From assembly GCF_006345805.1 (NCBI RefSeq), contig NC_043011.1, positions 47,194,464 through 47,258,463 on the forward strand: a DNA stretch of 64,000 nucleotides. Reading direction: 5' to 3'. This stretch comes from Octopus sinensis (lineage: Eukaryota). Every line of letters starts with the position of its first letter. Position 1 is the stretch's first letter. Shown here one piece after another: positions 48,647 through 62,098 of the stretch. The position numbers were made by a program, and so were the translations under genes. The notes under the pieces were generated by a model. The model was given only the letters and a program-made list of their open reading frames with translations. It searched no databases and had not been told where the DNA came from.

Positions 48647-50498
48647 TAAGTATTAAATATAGGTACAATTGATTCATTAGGAGTTGGAGTACTATGAAGT
48701 TAAAACATTTGTTGCATTAACTTCCATTTCAAATCATCTAGTAAGGCAAACGTAGATATGGGGGTGACTTATGTCAGCCTATTCTTCTCAAGAGATCACG
48801 AAAGCGTTCAATGTCTGCAGCCAGCTATATCAGATTAATGACATAAAAATTGTTGAAACCAACAGCAATAACATCTCTGAGCCTCACTTGTATAAGACAG
48901 ATTAGCCAGGTCAGAAAGACTACAAAGTTGAAAGAAGAGGAATCCTATGAGCCGTCAGTCCTTTGTAGCTGCAATGGTCAGTACTATTATATTTCATAAT
49001 AATCAAATGCCATAACTCTCTTTGGGTTTTATCTGATGTTTTCTTTAATCACTATATCTAATAATTACTCCGAAGTTTGAGACCAGCCGACATTATACGT
49101 TGCGAGTTAATCAAATTTAACGCAGACACAAAACATTATCTAAGATCTTTCAGCAAATAAAATATCAAAGCTAACATTTGATCTCGGATACTTTCCTATC
49201 TTCGCATATCACAAAGATTTTTAGAACATTGAAGGTTCCAGCTGAATATCATTATTACTTACTCTCCATATCTGTTAAGTGTTCTACAAGATAAGTATAC
49301 TCGCAGATCAGTTCAACTATCGGACAATTTCCAAAACTCTTCTGAGTGATTAAGGCTTTGCTTCATACGATGATAGAAATTTCTTTCATGTTATATTCAC
49401 AAAAGCCATTGCAGTGTGTCTCTGTATTTATTAATGCATAAAGCCATTAGCACAAATGTTGCAATACATGCTTTCACATCTACTTATTCACTCTGCAATT
49501 TCATTTGTTATTATTATTATTATCATGCCTATCTGGAGAAGAAAATAATCTTAAAATCAGCCATATGTAAGAGAACAATGCATGCTCTTGGGAAAAGATT
49601 TGTCACTATACTTCCACTCTCTAGAGGTCTGGAAAAGGTGTCAATAACTGATTAAGAAGGCTTCAATGTCTAGGGTAGGAGAAATGAAAGCTGTGATAAA
49701 TATATTTATATTACTTCACCTGAACAATGTAGAGTTGCCTGATTAAGAAAAAAAAATATTCTGAACAATTCTTAACTTTTGTTGACATAGCTGAGCCCTA
49801 CAACCCGTCCTGAAATCCCATTCAATTCTGAAAAAACCATTTCGATAAAAAATACAGCTTTTCAGTTCAAGCTGACTGTCAACCACATTAGACATTATTC
49901 CTAAAGTGAGGAAGGACCTGTAAAAGCTATGAGTACTGACTCCAATCTCTAATAATGAAAAATGGTTTCTAATTTACACATGTGGCTACAGATTTTGGGA
50001 GAGGGAACTGTTGATTAAATCAGCTTCAGTGGTTGACAGATGCTTATTTTACTAACTCCTGGCAAGAGTCAACTTAGAATGTTGAGAGACAAAACTAACA
50101 GCAACTAAACATTTATTCTAATTAAAGTCTACCAAACCACACTTTCGCTAAATGATACCATACCACCAAACCCTGAGATTCACTGGTACTTTATTTTTAC
50201 CTACCCAGTACTTTATTTTATTGATCCACTTACACTAGATAATACTTTCTAATTTTGGCACAGGGCCAGCAGTTTTGGGGTTTTTTTTACATTAGAGGGG
50301 CAAGTTGATTACATTGGCCCTAGTGCTTGACTTGTATTTGTTTCATTGACCCTGAAAGGACAAAAGGCAAAGTCAATGTTGCTGGAATCTGAATGCAGAA
50401 CAAAACCAAAAGAAATGCTGTCGAGCATTTTGTCTGGCATGCAAGTTCATTGCTTTACACTAAATAAGTGTTTCAGATTTTAGCACAAGGCCCGAATT

Positions 50499-50885
50499 TT
50501 ACCACACAGCCACTCCTATAGCTATGTATGTATGTATTTTAAGAATAACATTGTAGGTAGGTGTGAGAGACAGGATCTGACTTGTTTAAACATAAAACAG
50601 GTCAGATATTTGGGATTGGCATGGCCGGTTTAAATGCAAAATGTTCGTCAAAAGAGACCGATAGAATAAGTACTAGGCTTACAAAGAATAAGCCTTGGGG
50701 TCGGTTTGCTCGACTAAAGGCAGTGCTCCAGCATGGCCACAGTCAAATGACTGAAACAAGTAAAAAGAGTAAGAGTATACATCATCAAAATCTCAAAGCT
50801 ATTTAAATAATGCATAATTAATTCAAAATCATGCAAATAAATAAGCATTACATTTGGCAGAGAAATCTGAACGCTAAAGGGTTAA
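50499..50885. mobile_element. Rearranged P2 MITE / SINE A nest
   Basis: SINE head (minus), MITE right half (plus), SINE tail (plus), MITE left half (minus) ending GGG|TTAA. Confidence 0.7.
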
Positions 50886-51254
50886 ACGTTTGAATATTCA
50901 CAATCAGTAGCTCATTCCTTCTTTCCCAGGTCTTTATAAGGCAGATAATTTACAAACAGCCATATTGTTTCCACCACAAATGTTCGCAAATACTTTACTT
51001 CAGAATAGGTAGTAACAGCTTCAAAAACAATGTTTCTTCTGCATTTATTATTTCATTTCATATCACAATTCGTGATCAATACTATTGATGGTTCTAGCTT
51101 TCCAATAGACCAATCATTGGCTTACTATATTTTCGATGATGCGAGAGACAAAGGAGTGTCGAACCTGATATATAGAACTTTGCTCATAAAGCTTAATGCT
51201 TTTATTTTTTTTTTATTTCTGAAGTTGCAGCAGTGATTTCTGATATATACATAC

Positions 51255-51304
<50 letters not shown>

Positions 51305-51371
51305 TATGCTGATGTAAGTCAACAAAAGTTTGAGATGTAAATAAATATATCTCTGTGTCTGTCTGTCTCTA

Positions 51372-51408
<37 letters not shown>

Positions 51409-51656
51409 ATAATAAATATTAGGGAATAAATCCAAACTTACAGGGAAAAATCAGATTTAGGATTGGATCCAATTTTATAGTAAAATATTATATTACAATT
51501 TTATAGTAAAATATTAATAATTATTAATAATTGTTAAATTCTAAATAATATAAATTAATTTATGTATTAGATTAAGTCTTTCTTTGTTTGATTTGCATAA
51601 TAGTGGTTTTGTCTCTAATTTAATATAATATATATATATATATATATTTATATATA

Positions 51657-51873
51657 CATGAAGGGTACTGTAAAGTTCCTGGTTTTAAGGGCATCACAAA
51701 AGGCCTGGTTAGAGGCCCAACTTTCCAGGTTCTTTTTTAGGGCTTAGAAAACCTGAAGAAATACTGCAATAAGTGTGTGAATCTGTGAGGGGAATATGTT
51801 GAATAAGATCATAACTAACTGATCCATTTGTATCTTCTTTAAGCTAAAGTCAGGAACTTTTCAGCACCACTTG
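51657..51873. mobile_element. mariner-type MITE
   Basis: TA-flanked; TIR ...ctgtaaagttcctggtttt / aaagtcaggaacttttcagcacc. Confidence 0.78.
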
Positions 51874-51943
51874 TATATATATATATACACACACATATAT
51901 ATATATACAAATGTACAAATGTGCGTGTATGTGTGTGTGTGTA

Positions 51944-51987
<44 letters not shown>

Positions 51988-52479
51988 GTAGATGTATATA
52001 TATACACATGCACACAGACATACATGCACACATATATGTATATATGCATGTATTCATATATATATGTATGTGTGTATACATAGATATGTATAATTTATAT
52101 ATTTATGTAAGAATTATGTATAAAATTCTCTGGTGAATTGTGTCCAAAATCTCATGAATAAATTGTTGTGTATAAATTTGCATAATATAACAATATTCAT
52201 GAGATTGAATTTCAATGAAACAATTGTAAATGAATATAATAGAAGGGCTTTCTCACTACTCACTACTCACTACTCACACATGAATGCCACAGTTTCCATC
52301 TGTCGAAAATTGAAAGAGAGAGGAACAACATGTGTGCTGCCTATGTACAAAACCTAATACTGCCTCCAGGAAATGATGATGTTTGAGGCTTTCTCAAGAC
52401 CATTTGCAGTTCCACATTAAAATAATATCAACAATATAGAATTATCAATAAATTAATGCTTGTCATCATCATCATCATC

Positions 52480-52644
52480 TGGCTGTGTGGTAAGTAGCTT
52501 GCTTACTAACCACATGGTTCCAAGTTCAGTCTCACTGCGTGGCACCTTGAGCAAGTGTCTTCTACTATAGCCTAGGGCCGACCAAAGCCTTGCGAGTGGA
52601 TTTCGTAGATGGAAACTGAAAGAAGCCCATCATATATATGTATG

Positions 52645-52675
<31 letters not shown>

Positions 52676-52877
52676 GTTTGTGTGTCTGTTTGTACCCCCA
52701 ACATCGATTAACAACCGATGCTGGTGTGTTTACCTCCCTGTAACTTAGCGGTTCAGCAAAAGAGACCGATAGAATAAGTACTAAATTTACAAAGAATAAG
52801 TCCTGGGGTCGATTTGCTTGACTAAATGCAGTGCTCCAGCATGACCACAGTCACATGACTGAAACAAGTAAAAGAGT
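52480..52877 (+). mobile_element. SINE family A
   Basis: Full length. Confidence 0.9.
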
Positions 52878-53037
52878 CGTAATCGTCATTTTATATTAGT
52901 TTTACATGTTGGAATGAATCGGATGATGAGACAGTTTGACAGAGGCCCCTTCACCCTAACTGAAGAAGAACAGTAGAAAGTGTGTGCAACGATTCAAGAG
53001 AAGGTGATGAAAGGGGTTGAAGTACATTTTCAAGCGT

Positions 53038-53268
53038 GGCCATTGCCAGTACCGCCAGACTGGCCTTCGTGCTGGTGGCACTTTAAAAGCACCCACTACA
53101 CTCTCGTAGTGGTTGGCATTATGAAAGGCATCCAGCTGTAGAAGCTCTGCCTGATCAGATTGGAGCCTGGCGCAGCCATCTGGTTCACCAGTCCTCAGTC
53201 AAATCGTCCAGTCCATGCTAGCATGGAAAGTGGATGTTAAACGATGATTATGATGATGATGATGATGA
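53038..53268 (+). mobile_element. SINE family C
   Basis: gctggtggcac...ggcatccagctgtagaag...aaacgatg tail. Confidence 0.85.
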
Positions 53269-55097
53269 TAGAGATATTATAAATAGTCCTTATGATAAAG
53301 CACCAAGCTAACTGAAATATAGCATAGATATAGATATTAGTCCCTACAATAAGACGTCAAGCCAATTGCAATATAGCAGAGATGTGAATATGCTCAGTCT
53401 ATATACTGAAGATGTGGTTGATAGTTCTCAAAAATTATCATCTTGAGACTATAATTCAAGAACTTTGTTAAAAACAGAAAGACTGATTGCTTACAATATT
53501 TCATAGTTTAATTACATAATTAAAGAAACAATTTCAATTCTATGACATTTTGAAAGAAAAACATTTAAAAAAATACATAACAATAATAATAATAATAATT
53601 ATTATTATTATCATCAGATAAAACAAATATGATCAACAACTGAATCTATAATAATCATATTTCGTAAAACAATATTCCGATCTTTCGATAAATATTTCAA
53701 AGAAAAATAATTAAAAATTGATGAAATATTAACCTTTACTTTGCTATCTTATTACATCATATCCCATGTTGTGTTATATTACAATATATCATATAGCTAA
53801 CAATCACCCATGGTAACAATACTATATTGTTTCTAGATCTGTGGTGCATTACGAATGAATACCTAAATTATTTGATTGCTTAAACATTTGAAGTTACATG
53901 AGAGAACAGGGAAAAGGGCAAAAATCACAAATCACTTATGAATGAACAACAACAATAATAAAGAGAGAGACTATGAATAATATAATAGGCATAACAACAA
54001 ATCAGAGAATAACATAAGACATTATAGAAAGCCCGGTGTTGCTGGTAGCATATTAAAAGGTTAAATAGGCTTTGTAAAGGAAACATATTCATTGTTTTGC
54101 ATTGGAAATTTTTCTAAGAGATAATAATCAAATGGTGTCTTTTTGACATTGCCAACAATTTCAAAACAAAAAAAAAAATAAAACAAATGAAATTTGTCTG
54201 ACATTTGTTGGTTGGATAATAAGCTTTGTTCTATAATAATAATTATAATAATAATAACAATAATAACGATAATAATAATATCAAAAATATTACTGCTAAT
54301 AATAATAAAATATATAATAATAATAATAATATCAATAATATTACTAATAATAATAATAATAAATAATAATGATGATGATAATCACATTCATAAAGAATTG
54401 TAAGAGTAAAAATATAGCATTTATCTTTTGTTTATTTATATTCAGAGCAACATTCTAGTTTATAAACAGTGATCTCTGTTCATTAAGCTTGATGCAGTCA
54501 ATTAGACAATAATGATGACTTAATTGCACACTTGATGTTTTTATTTTGTATAAATTTATATTTAATAGCTGCATAAATGATAATGAAATGAGGAGAAACA
54601 TTACAATATGATACTTTGAATAATATTAATATAGCATGTTAGTACTGTGTTCACTAGAAAGGCAGTAAATTGGCAGAATTGTTTGCAAACCAGGCAAAAT
54701 GCTCAGAGGCAATTTGTTTGTCTTTATGTTATGAGTTCAAATTCTGCCAGGGTCGCTTTTGCCTTTTATCTTTCTGGGGTCAATAAAATAAGTACCAGCT
54801 GAACACTGGGGTTGATGTAATCAACTTAGTCCCTCCACCAAAGCTGCTGGACTTGTTCCAAAATTTGAGGCCAATTTTCTGTTCAGGAGAGTGTTAGACA
54901 AAATGCCATTTTTGAGTTCAAATCCTGTCAATGGGACAATGTGTGTATGGGCATGTGTGTTTACATATGAATAATTTGTTACTGAAGTATCATTTTACAG
55001 CCAGATGCTCACCCTGTCACTAACCTTCGACTGCTTTTCAAGCAAGGGGTCTTTTATTTCACATGTCTTTGAAAGTACGAAGCAAGAAAATGGTTTG

Positions 55098-55510
55098 CTC
55101 TTTACTCTCTTTTACTCTTTTTATTTGTTTCAGTCATTTGACTGTGGCTATGCTGGAGCACTGCCTTCAGTCAACCAAATCGACCCCAGGACTTATTCTT
55201 TGTAAGCCTAGTACTTATTTTATCGGTCTCTTTTGCCGAACCGCTAACTTACGGGGACGTAAACACACCAGCATCGGTTGTCAAGCGATGTTGGGGGGAC
55301 AAACACAGACACACAAACATACACACACACACACACACATATATACGATGGTCTTCTTTCAGTTTCCGACTACCAAATCCACTCACAAGGCTTTGGTCAG
55401 CCTGAGGCTATAGTAGAAGACACTTGCCCAAGATGCCATGCAGTGGAACTGAACCCAGAACCATGTGGCTCATTAGCAAGCTACTTACCACACAGCCACT
55501 CCTACGCCTA
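55098..55510 (-). mobile_element. SINE family A
   Basis: Full length. Confidence 0.9.
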
Positions 55511-55853
55511 ACGCTGCTTGTATCAGTTTACATAGTAACACACACACACACACACACACATGCACGCACATTACCTATAACAAAACAGGAAGTTTGAAAA
55601 TTCTGTGGCATTATTTATTCACAGTTGCAGATGTTTCATTTGCAAATAAGAATCACAAGGTTGTACATGTCGGATAAACATGTGCTTCAATTGGATTCAG
55701 CTTGGAGTTTACCCTGCCTTCATTATATATAACCAATGCAGCAGATATAAGCAGGGCAAATTTAACAATTCTCTAAAGCTTGAGACAGCCTTAATTGATA
55801 TTCAAACCTTATTGAATGCTCACAACTGTACATGATGGGCTTTAAGAGTTTCT

Positions 55854-56082
55854 TATTTCTTTATCACCCACAAGGGGCTAAACATAGAGGAGACAAACAA
55901 GGACAGACAAAGGGATTAAGTCGATTACATCGACCCCAGTGCATAACTTGTACTTAATTTATCGACCCCGACAGGATGAAAGACAAAGTCGACCTCAGTG
56001 GAATTTGAACTCACAATGTAACGGCAGACGAAATACCGCTAAGCATTTCGGCTGGCGCGCTAACGTTTTGCCAGCTCGCCGC
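55854..56082 (-). mobile_element. SINE family B
   Basis: 14-bp TSD ctttaag(a/g)gtttct (55840-55853, 56083-56096). Confidence 0.9.
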
Positions 56083-56349
56083 CTTTAAGGGTTTCTGTCC
56101 ACCAAATTCACTTTCTATGCTTTTATGGTCAGGAAGCAAATTTCTTAACTACACATCCTTACCTAACAGTATAACTTATGAGATCTAACTGTGGTCTAAA
56201 ATGGTAGAAGTGACATGCTCTGACAAAGTAACTGGTGAACAAGCTTGGTGTTTGTGTGGTGGTGAAAATATCAATGTGACTATGTTGATTGGCCTTGACT
56301 GGTTTTAATTTGCAACATTAGAAATTACAATCATTCAGAAGTTGTTGTC

Positions 56350-56897
56350 TGTTCCTTCTCGAGTCATGCCTGGCTCATAAGGGCCAGTTTCCCGGTTTCT
56401 TGGTGTATAGGTTCCCCACCTGGACGGGACACCTGCCTGTCGCAGGTGAGCTGCAAGATGCAGGAAGAAAATGTGAGAGAAAGTTATGGCAAAAGAGTCA
56501 GCAGAAGTTTGCCATTACCTTCTGCCGGAGCAGTGTGGAACTTAGGTGTTTTGCTCATAAACACCCATCACCCAGTCTGAGATTCGAATCTGCGATCCCT
56601 CGGCCATGACTCCGCTGCTCTATCCACTAGGCCATGTCCCCAACAAAATGTTTCTTCTCGAGCCATGCCAGGCTCATAAGGGCCAGTTTTCCAGGTTTAG
56701 TGGCATAGAAATTCCCCACCTGAACAGGCCGCTGGTTCGTCTCAGGATTACTCATTTTTGCCGGCTGAGTAGACTGGAGCAACATGAAAATGAAGTGTTT
56801 TGCTCAAGAACACAACGCATTGCCCAATCCAGGAATTGAAACCACAACCTTAGGACCATGAGTTCAACACCCTAACCACTAAGCCACGTGCCTCCGC
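56350..56897 (-). mobile_element. Two head-to-tail V-domain-like SINEs (family E, and D head with E tail)
   Basis: Both end ...ggcccttatgagcc.ggcatg.ctcgagaag; tRNA heads at ~56638 and ~56890. Confidence 0.8.
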
Positions 56898-56945
56898 TCA
56901 TTCAGAAGTAACTACTATTATTATCTATGTGAGTACTAATAACAT

Positions 56946-57270
56946 GAAGGCACATGGCTTAGTAGTTAGGGCATTCAGTTCACGATCATAAGGTTGTGAG
57001 TTCAATTCCCAGTGACGTGTTGTGTCCTTGAGCAAGACACTTTATTTCACATTGCTCCAGTCCATTCAGCTGGCAAAAATGAGTAGTACCTGTATTTCAA
57101 AAGGGCCAGCCTTGTCATATTCTATGTCATGCTGAAGTTCCCAGGGAACTACATTAAGGGTACGTGCGTCTGTGGAGTACTCAGCCACATGTATGCTAAT
57201 TTCACGAGCAAGCTGTTCCGTTGATCAGATCAACTGGAACCCTCATCATCATAACCAACAGCGTGCCAGT
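56946..57270 (+). mobile_element. SINE family D, tail type 2
   Basis: Full length. Confidence 0.85.
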
Positions 57271-57964
57271 ACTAGTCCAACAAACCTACGGTCAAAGTTC
57301 TAGCTATCAACAGGCCATCGTTTATTTAGTCACACTGTATCAAGTTTGTATCATACAATGCTAATTTCAAATCAGCTGACCAACGAAGCAGAATAATCCT
57401 ACATGTGGATTTCTTTCTGGCACCATAAATCTGTGGCTTCATGGTTGGTTGGTGTGAGATGTGGATGGTTTAAAGTACATTCTTAATGAGCAAAATTAAT
57501 GACACTGTCTTCTAACCTAATTCAAATCAATCATAGCTTATAGGTGATGACAAACGATGTGTCAGCTGTGAAGAGGAGTGGCAGGAGTAGTGGTAGGCGT
57601 GATGGTGGTGATTACAACTGTGGAAGTAAGGATTGTTGTTGTAGCAGTGATATGGTCAAGGGGGGTGATAGGAGTGGTGCTGGTAAGGGTTTGTAAAGGC
57701 ACATGGCTTAGTGGTGAGGATTTTGGGCGCTATACTGTATCCTTGAGCAATGTGGTTATTTCATATAAGTCCAAATCCACTCAGGTGAAATCTGTAGTGG
57801 TACCGGCAAATGCTGGCACTGAATTAGGTGTCTACTCTTAGAAGGAGCTTTCAGGGAGAGGTACAAATGACTAACCAATGCTAGGAAATACTTTACCTAC
57901 ATGTAAGAAATTTTTCTCATATATATATATGTGTGTGTGTGTATACATATATATGTATATATAT

Positions 57965-58350
57965 ATTTTCTTTTACTTTCTTTTAATCTGTTATTTGTTT
58001 CAGTCATTTGCTATTGCACTGCCTGCGGTCAAACAAATTGACCCTGGAACTTATTCGTTTTAAGCCTAGTACTTATTTTATTGGTTTCTTTTGCCAAACT
58101 ACAAAATTACGGGGGACATAAACACACCAACATCAGTTGTCAAGTGATAGTGTGTGGAGAAACACAGTCATGCACATATAAATATATACGATGGCTTATT
58201 TCAGTTTCCATCTACCAAATCCAGTCACAAGCCTTTGATCGGCCCGAGGCTATAGTGGAAGACACTTGCCCAAGGTGCCACGCAGTGGGACTGAACCTGG
58301 AGCCATGTGGTTGGGAAGCAAGCTTCTTACCACACAGCCACTCCTGTGCC
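57965..58350 (-). mobile_element. SINE family A
   Basis: Full length, moderately diverged. Confidence 0.82.
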
Positions 58351-58379
58351 TATATATATATGTTAATATATATTATAGA

Positions 58380-58797
58380 TGGACACCTGTTTCTGCCTCT
58401 CTGTCACACTCTAACTTTTCATCCTCTGACACAAGTTTCCCTCCTTAAATGCTCCTGCCCCTCTCACAGATTCCTTGTCTTACAAGTTACTTGGTGACCC
58501 TTCCAGTGCTGATGCCCCATAAAGAGCATCCAGTCCCTACTGTAAAGTGGTTGGCATTTAGTAGGGCATCCAGCTGTAAAAATCCTGCCAAAACTAACCT
58601 CACCTGTGCTGGTGCCATGTAAAAAGCACAGAATTCATTCTGTGGAGTGGTTGGTAATTAGCAAGGGCATCCAGCTGTAAAAACCATGCCAAAACAGACA
58701 CAGTAGCCTAAGGTAATCGTCTACCTGGCTGGCTCCTGTCAACCATCTTACCCATGCATGTATGGAAGATGGATGTTAAACGATGATGATGATGATA
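58380..58797 (+). mobile_element. SINE family C with 5' extension
   Basis: ttacttggtgacc...gggcatccagctgtaaaa twice...aaacgatgatg. Confidence 0.75.
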
Positions 58798-59010
58798 TAT
58801 CAGATGGTGAACTATTTTCTCTCTTCTCTGTAATTTCATAGAAGGTTGAATTTAGCCTGGTTAGTCTAAGTCTCAAGTGATGCTGTGCTGAAGATTCCAA
58901 GGGAGAGTGAAATGGTACCATACATGACTACCAACAACTACTAAAAACTTTAAGAACTTTATTATATGGAAGAAGAAAAAAGTTAAAAATCAAATTTGCA
59001 CGTTCTTTAA

Positions 59011-59712
59011 CCCTTTCGTTACTGTATTTATTTTGAGATGCTCTGTGTTTCTTTCAATTACTTTAAATATAACAAAGAATTTACTAAAATAACTTAGTTA
59101 TCATTAAGCTAGTGTTAGGAACATAAATTGTGACTAAGGTTTAGTGGAAGATTTTAATTCAAAACTTATGAAAACAAAACATTTGTACTCAGAGCCAGAG
59201 CCAGTTTCAGCCGGGTTGGTATTGAAAGGGTTAAATTAATCATTTGTTAACCCTTTTGTTATCATATTTCTGTTGAGATGCTCTGTGTTTATTTCAATTG
59301 ATTTTAAATATAGCAAAGAATTTACTAAAATAACTTAGTTATCATTAAGCTAGTGTTAGGAACATAAATTGTGACTAAGGTTTAGTGGAAGATTTTAATT
59401 CAAAACTTATGAAAACAAAACATTTGTACTCAGAGCCAGAGCCGGTTTCAGCCGGGTTGTCAACGAAAGGGTTAAATTAATCATTTGTTAACCCTTTTGT
59501 TATCATATTTCTGTTGAGATGCTCTGTGTTTATTTCAATTGATTTTAAATATAGCAAAGAATTTACTAAAATAACTTAGTTATCATTAAGCTAGTGTTAG
59601 GAATATAAATTGTGACTAAGGTTTGGTGGAAGATTTTAATTAAAAACTCATGAAAACAAAACATTTGTACTCAGAGCCAGAGCCGGTTTCAGCCGGGTTG
59701 TCAACGAAAGGG
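59011..59712. mobile_element. Three tandem piggyBac-type P1 MITEs separated by an identical 12-bp spacer
   Basis: 59011-59230, 59251-59471, 59492-59712; each TTAA-flanked; spacer attaatcatttg twice. Confidence 0.93.
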
Positions 59713-59979
59713 TTAATTTAATCTAGATGTGATTCTCTCTCCGTTAATGGTAAATTCACCAGAAGCAAAGCTTGTGGTGAAAAGGAAGGATACTGTCATA
59801 GCTTGAGTTGGATCATTGACATGAACTTAATAAGATTGATGATGATGATCACAAAGGTGATGGTGTTGATGGTGGTGGTGGTGGTGGTGGTGGAATTGGT
59901 GATGCTGGAATTGATATTAGTGCTTTGTGAAAGTGCTGTAGGCAGAGTGGCTTTGGATATGATATTTCCCATGATGAGT

Positions 59980-60226
59980 GGAGGCGTATGGCTTAGTGGT
60001 TAGGGTGTCAGCATCATGATCGTAAGATTGTGGTTTCGATTCCTGGACCAGGCGACGCGTTGTGTTCTTGAGCAAAACACTTCATTTCACGTTGCTCCAG
60101 TCCACTCAGCTGGCAAAAATGAGTAATGCTGCGATAGACTGGCGTCCCATCCAGCTGGGTAACACATACGCCATTGAAACCGGGAAACCAGGCCCATGAG
60201 CCTGGCTAGGCTTTAAAAGGGTGCAT
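59980..60226 (+). mobile_element. SINE with family D head and family E (V-like) tail
   Basis: gctgcgatagactggcgtcccatccagctgg...ggcccatgagcctggctaggctttaaaaggg. Confidence 0.88.
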
Positions 60227-60249
60227 TTATTATTTTTCTTATTACCCAT

Positions 60250-60258
60250 GATGAAGGT

Positions 60259-60301
<43 letters not shown>

Positions 60302-60800
60302 CAGCAGCAGCAGCAACAGCAATAGTAGTGGTGGTGATGGTGTTGGCAGTGATTTGAAGAAGTGTTGTACTTGACATATGGTTATAGCAGATTTGATATT
60401 GTTTACATGATATTGTGGTAAGGCTGTATTCAACACCTGAGTGGTTGTTGTAAAGCTTGAACTGGTGAACTTCTGGACAACAGACAAGGTTATGTGAAGA
60501 AGAATTACTCAAGTGATGGCAATGGTGGCCATGGTTGTGATGTCGGTGGCAGTGGTGACAGCAGTGGTGGTGGGGAAGAGAAGTAGTTAAGGTAACGATG
60601 ATAATGAAGAGAAAAATGATAAAGATGATAACGATGATGGCGACAGCAAAGATGATGATGATAATGATGAAAGTGAGGATTCTGGTGATAGTGGTAAAGA
60701 TAATCGTGGTGATGATGATGACGATGGTGCTGCTGCTGCTCATGGTGATGACGGTAACGATGATAATGACAATGAGAAGTGATACTGTGGATGATAGTGT
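60250..60800. repeat. Compound trinucleotide low-complexity region (TAG/CAG/GGT/GAT)
   Basis: Direct inspection. Confidence 0.85.
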
Positions 60801-61739
60801 TTTCAAAGAAAAACAAAATTAAATATGTTCTTTTATGTAGCATCTAGGTTTCCAGCGAGAAAGCCAAGATATTTTGTTTGAATCTCTATCAAAATGCAAG
60901 GTGATGCAGAGATTTCAATGTGCACGTGTACAGAAATGTGTGGGTGGCAGGGACTTGTTAAACTTGTATGTTTTCACCTACAGAGATATTCCATAGACTT
61001 CCATAGTAATAGTAGTAGTAGTACTAGTATTAGTAGTTATAGTAGCAGTAGTTGTAGTAGTAATAGCAACAGCAATGACGGTAGCTTTATTGTTCTGAGA
61101 TGCGCAAGCAAGTTCCTATTCTGTGCAATGTAAGTTGTATATCGTGGAAACATTTAAGATTCTTGGAAATTTCAGGATTTAAAACTAGAACCACGTCTTG
61201 GATGTCATTGAATGCAATGTGTGTTGTCACCTAGTGATAATTTCCCTGGAAATGAAGTAGTTGTTATAAAGCAATGCTCTGCAACACTTCTGTTTTTTTT
61301 TCAATGTAAACCTCTAAGTAGTAGTAGTAGTAGTAGTAGTTACCGTAATATTCTGGAAAGCTCAGACTCAACAACAACAAGCTAGATTTTGAAATCGTAT
61401 GAGCGTGCAAAGATAATTAAGACAGAAAAAAAAAAAAAAACGGAAGTAAAATAGATATATTTTTAAAAAAGAAATTTTTTTTCTAGATGTGATGGAATTC
61501 AAGAATATAGAAATAAAAAAAGGTAAAAATTGATGGAGAAAAAATGAATATTTTCAAAGAAAAAATCAGATGACTTAACATGTACTGGGGTTAAAAAAAA
61601 AAATAGAAAAAGAAATTATAAGTTTGGATAAAAACCTTACAAGCAAATGATCGAAAATATTTAATATGTTCAGTTTTGCAATTTCTGAATAAGGAAACCA
61701 AAATTTAAGACAATGCGTACTTGTCCCAAGGTCGTACGC

Positions 61740-61801
<62 letters not shown>

Positions 61802-61860
61802 CAGCAGCAGGTTAGTAAAGTTTTGAATTTGTGAAGTTTTGAAATCGCAGGTGTAGGATT

Positions 61861-62020
61861 GACTGTGTGGTAAGTAGCTTGCTTACGAACCACATGGTTC
61901 CGGGTTCAGTCCCACTGTGTGGTACCTTGGGCAAGTGTCTTCTACTATAACCTCGGGCCGAGCAAAGCCATGTGAGTGGATTTGGTAGACGGAAACTGAA
62001 AGAAGCCTGTCGTATATATG

Positions 62021-62083
<63 letters not shown>

Positions 62084-62098
62084 GTGTGTGTGTGTGAT
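61861..62098 (+). mobile_element. SINE family A 5' half ending in (CA)n
   Basis: Head and CORE-like part intact. Confidence 0.85.

Noticed and set aside
58884-58926. CUGAAGA...GAAA-UGGUACCA-UA-CAUG hammerhead-like string
   Set aside because: Palindromic stem III is present, but stem II does not close and stem I has two wobbles; at best a very decayed relic.
59011-59712. Regular repeat-spacer pattern suggestive of CRISPR
   Set aside because: Repeats are 220-bp MITEs and the spacers are identical; eukaryotic context with no cas genes.
60213-60843. 197-aa and His/Thr-rich ORFs
   Set aside because: Low-complexity trinucleotide sequence.
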